Assembly (NCBI GenBank): GCA_016748015.1
Contig: JAAOMT010000479.1
Coordinates: 523,824-587,823 of the forward strand
Reading direction: 5' to 3'
Source of the DNA: Geosiphon pyriformis uo1
Taxonomy: Eukaryota > Fungi > Glomeromycota
Length of the DNA: 64,000 bases
Part shown: piece after piece, positions 51,404-64,000 of the stretch
Layout: each line of letters opens with the position of its first letter
Position numbering within the stretch: position 1 is the first letter of the stretch
Notes under the pieces: model-generated
The model's input: the letters and a program-made list of their open reading frames with translations, nothing else
Told to the model about the DNA's origin: nothing
Databases searched by the model: none
Program-made: the position numbers and the translations under genes

Positions 51404-52371
51404 TATTACCAGACAAAATTAGAGATATTATTTAGGATGAAATTATCTTTATAATCCCTATTATTAATTAGCATATATTATTGTTTCAAATATCACTTAT
51501 TATATTAGCAAAATGTCCGAAATTATCATTTAATTAATAACCCAATTTGCACATAACATAAATGTAACCTAATTGTAATGATCAATTATGCAATACCCTG
51601 AACTATGTAACATTCAAAAAGTTTGCTGAAATTTGTAGAAATTTGCCGAAATAATTGATAGTTCACCAAAATATCTAATAGTTTGCAGAAATAACTTGTA
51701 GTTTGCCGAAATGTATCTTTAGTTCAGCGAAATTGTAAAAAATAGCAAAGTTCAAGTTCATAGAATAGTGCTATGACAAGTTGTATAAAAGAAGAGCTTT
51801 TCTCTTTGAGAAAATATATCTTACTTTAGATTTAACAATTAGAATTATCCTTTATACACAAAAATAAAATAAATATTAAATAATTCGAAAAATCAAATCC
51901 TTAATTATTTTCTTTTTGAAATTAACCAATTCCTATTAAACAGTTTGAAATTGATTAGCTACCAATTTCAGTAAACTGTTAGTGACTCCAGGCCTGGACA
52001 GAAAACATTTCCCTTGACAGAATTCTATTTCTTTTATTTTCTTTTATTTTTTTTACTATAATTATTAGGGTAGCCTACAGACAAGATTTCTGTAGAAGAG
52101 TTGACTTTCACAGCAAAGTAACTACACATTTTTAATGAGCTTCCAGATGAGCAATTTCTGGGAAAGAGTTGACATTTACTACAATGTAACTACATAAAGT
52201 AACTGGCATGGAATTGGCCATTCCACTTGTAAGCCCAGCAGTTCAAATTATAAGAGATAATTTGAAGATAAATTCAGTTACTGGAGATTCAACCACATCC
52301 AGAAAACGTGAATTCACAGCAAAACAGGCATCAACAATATTAAAAAAAGAGACCAAAAACCTCTGGTAACA
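51404..52371 (+). repeat. 3' LTR of element C
   Basis: Direct repeat; initial TG mutated to TA. Confidence 0.95.
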
Positions 52372-53645
52372 CCAGAGATGCAATGCCAATCAAACAGTAA
52401 GCAAAAAAAGTACTACTAGCAAGCCATGAAATCATTCATCAAGAGATTAATTGAATGCTTGACAATGGGCTAATCCAGCCATCTATGAGCCCATGGTCAT
52501 CACCAATGGTACTTGTCTGTAAAAAAAATAGAAAAATTCGATTTTGTGTAGATTACAGAAAACTCAATAGTGTAACTTGTAGAAACAGCTACCCGACTTC
52601 ACGAATTCAGGAATTATTCGACACTTTTGGTGAAAACAAAGGGTTCTTAACATTAGACTTGAACAGTGGTTATTGGCAAGTAGCCATGAATTCAGCCAAC
52701 AAAGAAAAGATGGCATTTACCACTAAAAAAAGAAATTTTGAATTTGAAGTAATGCCATTTGGCTTAACCAACACTCCAGCCACTTTCCAATGGCTAATGG
52801 AAATTGTTTATACTGGCTTATTGTGAAAATCAGTAGTTGTATACTTGGATGACACCAATGTGTTCTCAAAAACATTCAATAATCATCTTCATCATCTTCA
52901 ACAAGTGTTCGAAAGACTAAGAAGAGCAGAACTAAAGTTAAATACAACAAAGTGCTTCTTCGGCAAAACAGAACTAAAATTCTTGAGACACATAGTCAGT
53001 AAAGACGGCATCAAAATGGATCCAGAGAAAATAGAGATAGTAAAGAACTTTCCAGTACCAACCAATATGACTGAATTGAAATCATTCTTGGGATTCGCAA
53101 GCTATTATCAATGCTTTATAAAGAACTTTTCAAAGATAGCTCAACCACTCAATAATCTGCAAACCAAGAATACCAAATATGAATGGACAGAAAGTCAACA
53201 AGAAGCTTTTGATATTCTGAAAAGAAAGCTCATTCAAGCTCCAGTACTGATTTACCCAGATCACAACAAATCATTCATTATTACTACTAATACATCAGGC
53301 CAAGCATTAGGAGCAGTACTATCTCAGAAGGGACCAGATGGCAGAGAACATCCAGTAGCATATGCCAGCCAAGATCTAACACCAGCCGAAAAGAATTATG
53401 GAACACCAGAACTAGAACATTTAGCAATCTATTGGGCAGTCATGAAGTGGAACAAATACTTAAGTTAAAAGTTTGATATATACATGGATCATAAAGGGTT
53501 AACATCGCTTCAAAAGCAAGAATTTGATGATGGCCGCCAATCCAGATGGAAAATAGCACTATCATAATATACTTATACTATACACTATAAGAAAAGAAAA
53601 GACAATGGAAATGCTAACAGTTTGTCGCAAATAAGACAAATCTAA
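52372..53645 (+). pseudogene. Element B RT and RNase H
   Basis: SPWSSP, RFCVDYRKLN, LDLNSGYWQ, MPFGL, YLDD, ALGAVLSQ, NYGTPELE; ends RQI*. Confidence 0.93.
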
Positions 53646-53705
53646 GGACATTTCAACCCAAAAATATAACAAAGCCAGAACAATACCAACGAAAAATAAC
53701 AAAAG

Positions 53706-55089
53706 ATGAACAGACAAAAATATCAACAAATTTAACATTATATAACCACTCAACAGTTCAAGGAGAATTTATCTCAAATGGAATGAAAGAGTATCAAACA
53801 ACAATCAAAATATTTTATCACTCACCAAAAATATACTTTATTGGAAAAATAGAAGGGATCCAGATCAACCAACCAAAGTAATTACAGAGCCAGAAAAAGA
53901 GACAATATTATTCAACATGCACTCAAATCCAACAGCAGGACATTTTCACAAAGAAGCAACCATAGAAAGAACCAGAAAGAGATACTATTAGCTATCAATA
54001 TATCCAAACATTATCCAATATGTTTAAAATTGTGATGCTTGTCAGCAAAGAAGAGGAACAAGACTCAGTGAACCATTAAGACCAATTAAAGTGGAACAAC
54101 TATTCAATCAGATTGGAATTGATTTAGTCGGACCATTAACAATCACCAACAGAGGAAACAGATATATAGCAGTAGCCATGGACTATCTTACTAAATGGCC
54201 AGAGGTGAAAGCAATTCAAAAAGTGAATGCAGAATCCATTGCCAAATTTATTTATCAAGATTTGATCTGTCAACACGGATGTCCAAAAGAACTATTATCA
54301 GACCAAGAAACTCACTTTGTGAATAGAACATTAGCAGAATTAAGTCAAAGATTCGGAATTAAGAGACCACTATCATCACCATATCATCCACAAACAAATG
54401 GTCTAGTTGAAAGATTTAATAGAACATTGTGTGAAGCAATTGCCAAACTCAGCCAAGAAAACCAGGACGAATGGAATTTGTTCATATCATCAGTATTATT
54501 TGCTTATTGAACAATGAAGCAAGATACTACACAAGCAACACCATTTGAATTAGTATACGGTAGAACAGCAATATTACCAGTAGAGAGAGAAATTAATACA
54601 TATCCAGCTAAACCAATAACAAAAGAGAATTTTCAAGAAACATTGCTGAAAAGAATATATAACTTAATGGAAACATTGGAAAACAAACGAAAAAGAGCAG
54701 CTGATAATATTCAAAAGTCACAAGAAAAACAGAAAGAAAGACACAATAGTTAACTACTAGACAAACCAATTGAATTCAAGATTGGAGACAAAGTACTCTT
54801 ATATCGTACCAAAGTGGAAAAACAATGGAGTGAAAAATTTGACCCCAAATGGGATGGATCATTTCACATAGAAGAAATTCTAGGAAATGGAGCTTACAAA
54901 TTAAGACTGGATAACAAAATTTTAACCAAAGCAGTACATGGAGATTAACTAAAACCATACTACAACATTACACCACCATCTACCAGTAATATTCCACAAT
55001 TAGGAGTACAGAGAATACTAGTCCAACCAGATAAAATTCTACAAGATCTGGAACCAATCGTTATTATTGACAACAACACATTAAATTGA
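53706..55089 (+). pseudogene. Element B integrase ORF
   Basis: ATG at 53706; HSNPTAGHF...CDAC; GIDLVGPL, LLSD, PYHPQTNGLVERFN. Confidence 0.9.
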
Positions 55090-55143
55090 TTCATCAAAAA
55101 AATATATAAAGACACAGTAAACACAACAGAAAATATCAGAAAA

Positions 55144-55773
55144 ATGGAGATTACAGACAACATTCACTCACTAGCACAACAACTTTTTTAATTGATCCAA
55201 CACCAAGAAATGGAGATTACAATTAATTAACAAACCATTCAATATCAAAATACTAGAAAAACATTGCAACACAGAAAACAGAAGAAACCAGAAAATACCA
55301 TCGACAAAATAATGGCAAAAGTAAAATTAGCAATAAAAAAATTGACAAAAGAGTCAATATATCAAGAGTTGACTAAAGAAACTTGGAATTGGTGGACACA
55401 ACAATTTCCAAGAAACTATTGTTATTTTTACTTGGGACAACACATAAATATCCAGAATTTATATATAGATAAAACAAAGTGGTTATTCGACACAACAATA
55501 CTACAACAATTAGAACATTTTGTGAGGAAAAATAACTTATCTACACAAGCTCGAGCTATATACCAAATACACACAGCATTTCAAGATCGACTAGAAATCT
55601 TATTCAACAAAGCAATGAATATGGTTACCAGTAATCAATTGGGAAAGATCACCAATGCTCAATTTGAAGAATTACAAACTCAAATAACACAAGTAATTAT
55701 CAAAAACAAAATCCAGAAGATACTTCAAGAGGGGGAATTAACCGAGTTGGATTTTGATGGAGCTCAATATTAA
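55144..55773 (+). pseudogene. Element B ORF3 (unknown, non-env)
   Basis: MEITDNIHSLAQQL (frameshift), then open 55264-55773 ending LDFDGAQY* at the PPT. Confidence 0.78.
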
Positions 55774-55786
55774 AAAGAGGGAATAA

Positions 55787-56655
55787 TGTTATTCATAGAA
55801 ATATAGGAAATATAGTAGCATGATTATTAGCCAATCAGAAGTAGACCTAGTAAATGTGGAATTTCAGGATTCCTCTCAGGAATTGCAGGATTTCAGGAAT
55901 TACAGGATTCTCACACAAGGAATTGCAGAATTGCAGAATTCCAGGATTCCTCTCAAAGGAATTGCAGGATTCCAGAAATTCCAGGATTCCTGTTGTGAAG
56001 AATCGAGGAATTGAGGAATCTCAATTATGTATATATAGCAGTAGCATTAGAAGCTGAAAAAACAGACCTCTTAGTTTAGATTTGATCTAAGCAACCTTCC
56101 AGTTTCCAATTATCAAATAAATAATTATTTCATATCTCAATCCACTCTCCACTATCAACACTTCATGTTGATAGTAATTGATACTTAACCACGCTAGAAT
56201 AATAGCTCTTGATTATGGCTATTGATGGAATACTAACTTACCAAATTGCCTTGGCTTACTTTTATCATTGTTATTTTTTTTATTTTTTTTATTTATTTCT
56301 TTGATTTTGTTGTGCATACTAATTGATTGAGGATTAAAAGCACTGAGTTATTGATGTCACAGATAGCCTGGTAAAAGACCCAGAAATAAGGGTAGATTTA
56401 TATATATTATCAGTTAGCTTACCAGAAAGGCACGACTACTAGAATAAATCTGGTCACCAAGCTGAGAAAGAAATTGGGAAACAACTGACAACAAATGACG
56501 AATTGCCACACTATTGAATCTCTGTCTATTATATAAAGGACTCCATCAAAACCTTCAGATACAACACTTTCAGAATATTATTAATGAAAATAGCTTTTGA
56601 GCACCAAGTTACAGGTTTGTTATTTACTCAACACTTCAAAAATTCAAGCATAACA
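55787..56655 (+). repeat. 3' LTR of element B
   Basis: Preceded by PPT AAAAAGAGGGAATAA (55772-55786). Confidence 0.95.
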
Positions 56656-59600
56656 ATGCGCACTAGCAGCATAATCAACTTAGTAACTTAATTGGTCCAT
56701 GAGTTGTCATGTGATGATGCTGTCTGCTGAACCACTGTCTAGGATTAATTTGATGAAGTGGCCATCTACTTTGGCATCAGTATACATTGCTGTAATGGGT
56801 TTCTTTTCAAGGGCGGCTCCACTGAATAATAGGACTGGGGTGGTTTTCTCGAACTCAAATGGGAAGATAGCTGCTAATATTTCGTCTTTGGTGACTGTTG
56901 CTGGTAGTATGTTGCTGGTAAGTTTTTGGATTGGGTTGGTTTTCAGGTTGCTGGGTGTGGTGTCTTCTGGGATAACCAGAAGACTTAAATAGTTCTGGAA
57001 ATTTGGGTTTTGGGCATGACTGGTACCCAAATTCTATGAGTGTAATCCTGATTGTGAATTTGATAAACTGGGGATTGGTTGGTGAACAACTATTGCCAAT
57101 CTCCAGTTTTGAGTGAATCTGGATCGGGGCTTGCCTGATATTATTTGAGTAAGGTTTTGGGGTGGTGTTTGTATTGGTTGTTGGGACTGATAAATTATTT
57201 AGGGTTGTGGCTGATAGATTACTGGTGGCTGCAGTTGATAAATTTGAGGTTAATATACTGGCAGTTGATAGATTGATTGCTGCGTCATTGGCAGGTAAGT
57301 GGTTTGATATTGGTCTTGATTTGGGTAGTGATTTTGAGTCTGAAATCTGCAATCAGAGTTTTGATATTGATTTCCCAATCATAAATTATTGCTATAAAAT
57401 CTGCAGTCTGCTCTTATGTGTCCTTGTTTACCACAGTTGTGGCAAACATGCATTTTTGGCTGCCACGGCTGATTAGGTGCTGCTGATGATAATAATAAAC
57501 ATGACTGATTTTGGAAACAATTCATATTTCCTGGATTATTGCGTCATTGTGGTGGTTGATAAATTGTGTGATTGTCAGCTAAGTATCCCTCTAATTTCTG
57601 ATTAATTAAATTATTGAATTGTTTCAATTTGGAATCCAATTCAGATGATCCATTCATTACTAGGTTCATGGCATGAGCATGATTGGCTTCTAATTCGACA
57701 GATTCAAAATCTCTGGCATATGTGACTGCATTCTAGAGAATGGCTGGATTCAATGGGCGTTGTTATGGGATGGTTTTCTTGTTATATTTAATTGCTGATA
57801 TCCCGCTTTAATTGCAATCAATCTTTCGTGAGTTCCTCAATTCTATTTGTGTGATAGTGTCACTGTTACACTGAAGGCTTTCTTTTTACTGTTGCGATGT
57901 AAGTTATTCTTTAATTCTTGATTGTTGTGTGTGTTTATGTACTCCTTCTCAGAGGCTGAACTGAAATCTACCCATTGTCTGGGGTCTTCTCTGAGGCTAT
58001 CCTTGCAATTGCCTGATGTGTTTCTCTAATCTAGAAACACAGAATGTTAATGGTCTTTAGCGCTTTTCTAATTCTCACAATAAAGCTTTTATCAATTAGT
58101 AACAACGTGAATAATCTTGATCAAGGATTATTCTTCCAAGGGATTCAGTTAATGAATGATAGTTTCATTCAATAAATAATACAAGAAAGTTTCTTAATAC
58201 TTTGGATTGTGATAGTTCAGTTTTAAATATTCTTTTTCATTTGTTTTTGATTTTTAAAGATTTCTTGGTATATTTAATTTGAAAGTATGATTTAAAGTGA
58301 AGTTTGTTGGATAAAATTGGATCTATTGCTTGATAAGTTATGATTTTTATTACTTAATTGATTCTTTCCCAATATTAAAACTACTGTATATATACATGTT
58401 TGTAGTTCTACGAGAAAATACTTTCTTTTTGATATTTCAACCTGGTGCTTGCTGCTATCACCAGTTGGTGTTGGCTGCTATTGTGAACTGGTGTTTGCCA
58501 CTATCGCGAGATGGTGTTTGCTACTATGTTAATCATTACCTTTCTAAGATTATTACTGTGCTATATTATGATTGAATAGTTTGTATTATTTTTATGATTC
58601 TTTTTGCTAAATTCTTAAACTATAACAGCATACATGTTGCAGGATACTACTGCACAGGCCATGGATAAATTGATTGAGAATCTGTGGTGCTGTGAAATAA
58701 TTAGCATTAATTGCTTGAATTTGTCACAGATTTCTATGGAAGTGTCCCAGATATATGGTAACTGCTTCAGTTTCTCCTTGTTTAATTGTAGTGAAAGTGT
58801 TGGCTAATCTGTTGATGCTGTTGTTATTGCTAAAATATCTCAAAAATTCTAGTTTAAAGACATTGAAATCTTGGGATTTGTCGACCAGGCTTTGATATCA
58901 TGAATCCACTATATTCTTGAGAAAATAAGATATGGTTTGCATAGCTCTGACATCATTTCATCCATTGGCTGTGATGGCTTTTTCTACATCATTTAGCCAA
59001 ACTTGTGCATTGTCTTCTTTACCAGTGAATTTGTCGAGCTTTGCAATTGGTGCATATGCCATTTGTTGTTGTTGCTGTGGTGGAAGTTGTTGTTATTGTT
59101 AAGGCAGTACTGAGGGTGGTTGTTGATTTTATTGGTTTGGTGTTTGGATGGGCTGGCCAATTGGTTCCACTGGTGGTTGATCGATGATGATAACTGGAGG
59201 TAAGTGCTGATTAATTACTTTGGGGTTTTGATTTTGCAGTACTTGAATATTCAGGGTTCCAAATTCCGGGTTTTTAAGAATTGAGTTTTGGTAAGTAAAT
59301 TCTTGATCTTCCAATTCTTCTTCCTCTTCTTCTTCAGATAGTTCCCATGGGGTAGCAGTTCCAAAGTCTGGTTGAAGCGGTGGTAATCAAATTCCTAATG
59401 GTGTTGGTGATCACAATTTAAATCTCTCAAAATATTCGCCATATGATCCTAGTAGATCTGTTTTTCTTTGTTTACTTTGGAATGAAAATCGTCTGAATGT
59501 TGATATTACATTTGATGTGGACGCACTTGCTGATGTTATATTGATGGCACTTCCCAGTATGTAGTGATAGGATGGAGCAGTTGGTGATTCAATTCTTGTT

Positions 59601-59983
59601 TTCTTTTAAGTGGGTGGTTGTATCCTTTTGGGTGTTACTGCTGATGTTTGTAGTTTTCCTTTGCCTTTACTGGCGCAAGTAATTGGATATCTTTGTTGGG
59701 TGTGATGTTCAATTTCTTTGTTGATCTCAGTGATGATAGATGTGAAATTATGATTTGTTGGTAAGCTGGTATTTTATATCAATTTACTGTAGAAGGTTTC
59801 TCTTGCTGATTCAGTGTTTATTGGTGTTCCCAATAAGTAAGTGATTCTCTTGTTGATGTAGAAATTGAAGGCTGATTCTGTGAATATGTGATTATGGTTT
59901 AATCCCAGGTGTTGACAGTAATGTTAAAATAAGAATTTCGTGAATTCTAAATGGTTTGCTCTTATGTTTTCTGATTCTGCCAC
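56656..59983 (-). pseudogene. Element A polyprotein 5' part (N-terminal extension, capsid, knuckle, protease N-terminus), split by solo LTR D
   Basis: VAESENIRANHL..., MAYAPIAKLDKFTGKEDNAQVWL, LILDSGSADSII. Confidence 0.9.
57761..58627 (-). mobile_element. Solo LTR D (third LTR family, 867 bp) in the capsid of A
   Basis: TGTTAT...ATAACA termini, TSD GCGT/GCAT, host frame QHV(R/C)|PLNP rejoins; orientation inferred from the position of its short repeat array. Confidence 0.88.
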
Positions 59984-60025
59984 TTTTGGATGGGATTGTT
60001 GGTGCTAATTCTCTGTAAGATTATA

Positions 60026-60042
60026 CCTTACAAGGAGCACCA
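60026..60042 (-). promoter_or_regulatory. Primer-binding site of A (TGGTGCTCCTTGTAAGG)
   Basis: 2 nt downstream of the 5' LTR on the minus strand; same type as B. Confidence 0.85.
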
Positions 60043-60044
60043 AA

Positions 60045-60883
60045 TGTTACAGGTGACAATTTCTGGTGTTGGATTAAATAACAAACCTGTAACTTGGTGC
60101 TCAAAGCTATTCTCATTGTTGATAATCTAAAAGTTTGGTATCTGAAGGTTTTGTATCTGAAGGGTTTGGTTGAGTTCTTTGTATAATGGACAGAGATTCA
60201 ATGGTAATAGTTTTATCTGTAGCTTCCTAAAACCACAGTTTCATCAATTTCTTTCTCAACTTGATGGCCGGTATTCCTCCTGGTAAGCTATCCTCAATCG
60301 AGTGTTTTACTCTTATTTCTGGGTCTTTTACCAGTCACATTTATCCTAATGTCAATGCCCTGTACATTAATCCTCAATAGAGTTAGTAAACAACAATAAA
60401 ATCAAAGCAGAAAATAAAGAAAAGAAAAGGAAATAAAAAAAGAAAAAAAATAAGCCAAGGCGATTTGCAAGTTAGTATTCTGTCAATAGCCATAATCAAG
60501 AGCTATTGTTCTAGTGTAGTTAAGTGCCAATTACTATCAACATGAAGTGTTGATAGTGGAAATGAATTTGAGATAACAAATAGTTATTTATTGTGATTTG
60601 GAAAATTGCTTAGATTAAATTTAAACTGAGAGGTCTGTCTTTTTAGCTTCTAATCCTACTGCTATATATACATAATTGAGATTTCTCAATTCCTCAATTC
60701 TACACAACAGGAATCCTGGGATTTCTGGAATTCTGGAATCCTGCGATTCCTTATGAGAATCCTGTAATTCCTGGAATCTTGCAATTTCTGAGAGGAATCC
60801 TGGAATTCCACATTTTACTACGTCTACTTCTGATTGGCTAATAACTATGCTAATATATATTCCCTATATTTCTATGAGTAACA
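60045..60883 (-). repeat. 5' LTR of element A (839 bp)
   Basis: TGTTA...TAACA; repeat of 30026-30818 with a longer internal array. Confidence 0.93.
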
Positions 60884-63545
60884 CCGAACTGAAAAAAAAC
60901 AAACAAGACTTACAGAAACCAAAATTCATTCTAAAGGAATCATTAATACTGACCAATCTAACTATGTCATCTAACAAACCTTGCATTGAGCCGCAATATA
61001 TCAAAGGTAACACTTCCAAGTTATTGACTAAATTGTCTCTCTTCATATTAGCTCTAAATCTGGATCTGAACTCTCACAACTCAGAATGGTGATGTATACC
61101 CATGTTTTGCACAAAGTCAACTAGGATCTAGGCAGCCACTTTGCGATTTTCAAATATCCACATAGCTTCTTCAAACCACCCTACCAACACAAAGTCCTTG
61201 CAAAGAAGAGCATATAGGCTGACATTAGACACACATGAGAGAAAAGATTCTACGACTACAAAAGAAGTCAGAAAATGAGAACCAGTCAAAAACCTCTAAA
61301 CAGACACATATTTAAATAGAATCTTCTTATGGAAGGTGGATTCCTTGCTACAGATAAACACATGATCAGAGAATTCAACTTCTCCACAGTGCAAACACAA
61401 AACACCAGGGTAGTTCTTGTCATAAAGCCTCTTTCTAACTGCAACAGACAGTCTGTCATACATAGTTTTCATAAAATAGAAGTGCAGACCAGCCAAATTT
61501 CTATCTGTAAAACTTGACAGCATACCTGAATCTGGATGCCAAACAGTCATGGTCTTAATCCAATCAATATCACAAACCAAAAAACCATTCAGAATCTTAA
61601 AACCAGGACCAATTTTCCAGCACATGTAATTCACAGATCTAAAGATATTTCAGACAAAGTAATGAATATTACCAGAAATCTGCATACTATTGGTCATAAA
61701 AAAGTGCTCATGCATATTGGTTGGCAGTAGCAAAGAGAAGTAAGCAGAAGTGCATACTAATGCATCCATACAAACATTATCTGGCACACTGAAGTGTTCC
61801 TTGACCTTTAACCAGCTAACAGAAATGTCTTTTTGAATAATCAAATTCACAATATGTCTTCTTTCTATCCAACAATAATTACAAAAATCTGGGCCACCTA
61901 ATCTTAATTCTGAAACACATGCATCTAAAGCAGCCTGGCTGTCTAAGCACATCTTCACTGAACAAGAGAAAGATATACACTTTAGTACCAAGACAACAGT
62001 CTGCAGCTCAGCCATTATAGAAGACAACAGACTCACAACTCCAACTCTAATGCCCAATCCAATTTCAGGAAAAAACGCCACAGCACCTCCAGTTACATCA
62101 ACAGAACCAAATCTTTTTAAAGAGCCATCTGTAAAAACAGAAATAAAACTTGACCAGATCTTAAGCAAACCATTCTTAACAACAAAAAACTAATCTGAAA
62201 GCAAAATATTATTGATATCTACCAAAGAATTGTTATTAGACAGTGTTGGCAAAAGAATCTTATCATACAAGAACCTCGATACTAAAATAAACCAAGAAGG
62301 CACAGATCCCCTGGAATTCAGTCTTTTCCAATACTAGAATATTTGCCAATCCAGAACCTTACTGCATTTGTCTAAAAGTCTATCACAGAAAGCTACACCA
62401 AATTTTCTTAAAAAACTAACCCAATCATAATACAAAAAAGACCCTAAGACACAAGAGACAGAATACTTGCCAGAATTAAGAAAAGCACTAGGCAAATTGT
62501 TCACCACAGAATTATTATTGGCTAAAAGAATACACATAATTCTAGCCAGAAAATTATTAGAAACACCTACATGCAGCCTTATAGGATACTGCAGGGGATT
62601 GAGAAAGACCCAACCCAAAACTTGCAAATCCAAGAAATAGTGCTCAAAAAACTGACCAACAACTCCAGAAGAATTAGAAAAACTCACGACAAAAGCAGAC
62701 TTTTCTTCTGCTTAAACTTGTTTAAATGTTTTTAAACCATAGAGTGAAGGATAATAAAGCATCTCATTCAGAAAATCTCAGGACAAACCAGCCTTTAACT
62801 TGAAGCCTTTCCTAACCAGAGCATCTCAGCACCAATAAACAGTAGAAAAGACAAAGTTAAACTGAGTATGATAGCTAACAATGAACTGAAGAACAGCTAA
62901 TACCAAATATATAAATTGCTTGTCTGAAATAACTTTACCCAGCACCATATTGGAAAAAAACTTTGACATCAGACTGAGCTTTGGCCAAGTTGGGCTTAGA
63001 CAAACTATCAGTCAACAAGAATATACCTAAGTATCTATAAGGCACACTATGTCTAACAATTGAAATAAGCAACCCACTGATTCTGAGAACAGTATTCTGG
63101 ACCCTTTGGTTGATAGAAATGGCCACTATTTTGTCATTATTAATCGAGATATCATTAATCATAAAGAACTCACTAACAATATCCAATATAAATTGTGTGA
63201 CAGCCTGACTATTCCCAATCCAGATAGTATTATTAACAAAGGCACCAGCTGCCAAGAAAGAAGTCATTCCACCCATATTGTTTACTTTGCCTAATTTGGC
63301 CACAAACTTAGTATTAATCTGGTAGTTACATATACTCTTCTGTCTCTTAATCTTGCACAATAAAGGGTCATAGAAGATCTGTTAAAAGAGAAGGGAGAAC
63401 ACTTTATCTTGATCAAGACTATCCAACACCCAGTAATCATCCGAAAGACCAAAATCCATTATAATATGGTTCAATCTATCTTTATGAATCCTACTAAAAA
63501 ACTTAATAAATCTATTACACATCTTGATGCATTGCAAGCTAGCTT
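60884..63545 (-). mobile_element. 5'-truncated LINE (partial RT, RNase H, CCHC), 3' end missing at the LTR junction
   Basis: IFYDPLLC, AGAFVNNTIW (eroded DD), YRYLGIFL, VFTDGS, AELQ, LDSQAA, CLHCGEVEFSDHVFIC. Confidence 0.9.
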
Positions 63546-64000
63546 TTAAATTGTTTAATTTAATAATAATAATAATAACTTATTAATATTTTTAATGTAA
63601 TTTTATTGAAGTATTTTATTATTGTATTATTAAAAGTTTTTTAGTTTTTTATTACTTTATTTATATAATTATTATCTTAAAAAATAAAACTCTTGTTTTC
63701 TTTTGTTTAAGTGTTTTTATAATAAATTTTTATATTATTAATAATTATTTTTAAGCTAAAATTAGTGTTTTGTAATTTTTTAAATAATAATTAAGAAAAA
63801 TATAAATGTTGTTTAAAATATTTATAGTATAAATCAGATTTTTATTATATATTAAGTGGTTATATATCTTTTATTAAAAGATTAATAATCTTAATAATAA
63901 TTGTGTTTTATAACTATGATGAATTCCAGAAATAGATTATATTTATAAGACATAAAATGCTTTTTGGATTATTTTGTGTTAGGCAAAAAAAACAACATTA
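63546..64000. repeat. Hyper-AT relic sequence
   Basis: Abrupt drop to very low GC. Confidence 0.4.

Larger units (their letters stand above)
42511..52371 (+). mobile_element. Ty3/Gypsy-type LTR retrotransposon C (distinct family) nested in B just before RT
   Basis: 968-bp LTRs 42511-43478 and 51404-52371; TSD CTAG/CCAG; PBS TGGTGCTCTTTTACGG (43481); PPT GAGGAGGAGG (51391-51400). Confidence 0.96.
36659..56655 (+). mobile_element. Ty3/Gypsy-type LTR retrotransposon B nested in the protease of A
   Basis: 869-bp LTRs 36659-37527 and 55787-56655; perfect TSD ATGC/ATGC; PBS and PPT present; host frame AASAH|IITAD rejoins. Confidence 0.96.
30026..60883 (-). mobile_element. Ty3/Gypsy-type LTR retrotransposon A (host of B, C and solo LTR D)
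   Basis: LTRs 60045-60883 (5') and 30026-30818 (3'); PBS and PPT adjacent; gag-PR-dUT-RT-RH, IN and ORF3 on the minus strand. Confidence 0.92.

Noticed and set aside
55144-55773. env gene
   Set aside because: About 200 aa with no signal peptide, TM segment or fusion-protein features.
55820-56057. ORFs inside LTRs (also 36545-36886)
   Set aside because: Created by the stop-poor GGAATTCC array; not conserved in frame between LTRs.
28441-63545. Left LINE tail and right LINE body as two halves of one element
   Set aside because: Both contain the same homologous C-terminal segment with different sequence, and no TSD matches.

Overview
AT-rich eukaryotic (fungal) DNA; the repeat families resemble those I recall from Glomeromycota such as Geosiphon (from memory, not verified). 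Layout: (1) 1-15 kb, stacked and heavily C>T/G>A-mutated non-LTR (LINE) relics, including a near full-length APE-RT-RNaseH LINE (6.17-13.70 kb) interrupted by a solo LTR. (2) 15.0-27.9 kb, a CpG-retaining island of four spliced host genes (chromodomain/HDA-like/C2H2 protein, GID4/VID24, ANAPC15-like, eIF4E2/4EHP) plus two possible pseudogene relics. (3) 28.4-63.5 kb, a Russian-doll nest of Ty3/Gypsy-type LTR retrotransposons: element A (-, 30026-60883) contains B (+, 36659-56655), which contains C (+, 42511-52371), plus solo LTRs and flanking LINE pieces. All TE ORFs are pseudogenised. Comparing the three nested elements reveals an unusual shared plan: Met-free N-terminal extension, then capsid, Zn knuckle, protease, large Cys-rich domain, dUTPase, RT, RNaseH and a STOP; a separately initiated integrase ORF; and a conserved third non-env ORF before the PPT. 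All LTR insertions have 4-bp target sites centred on CG or its deamination products.
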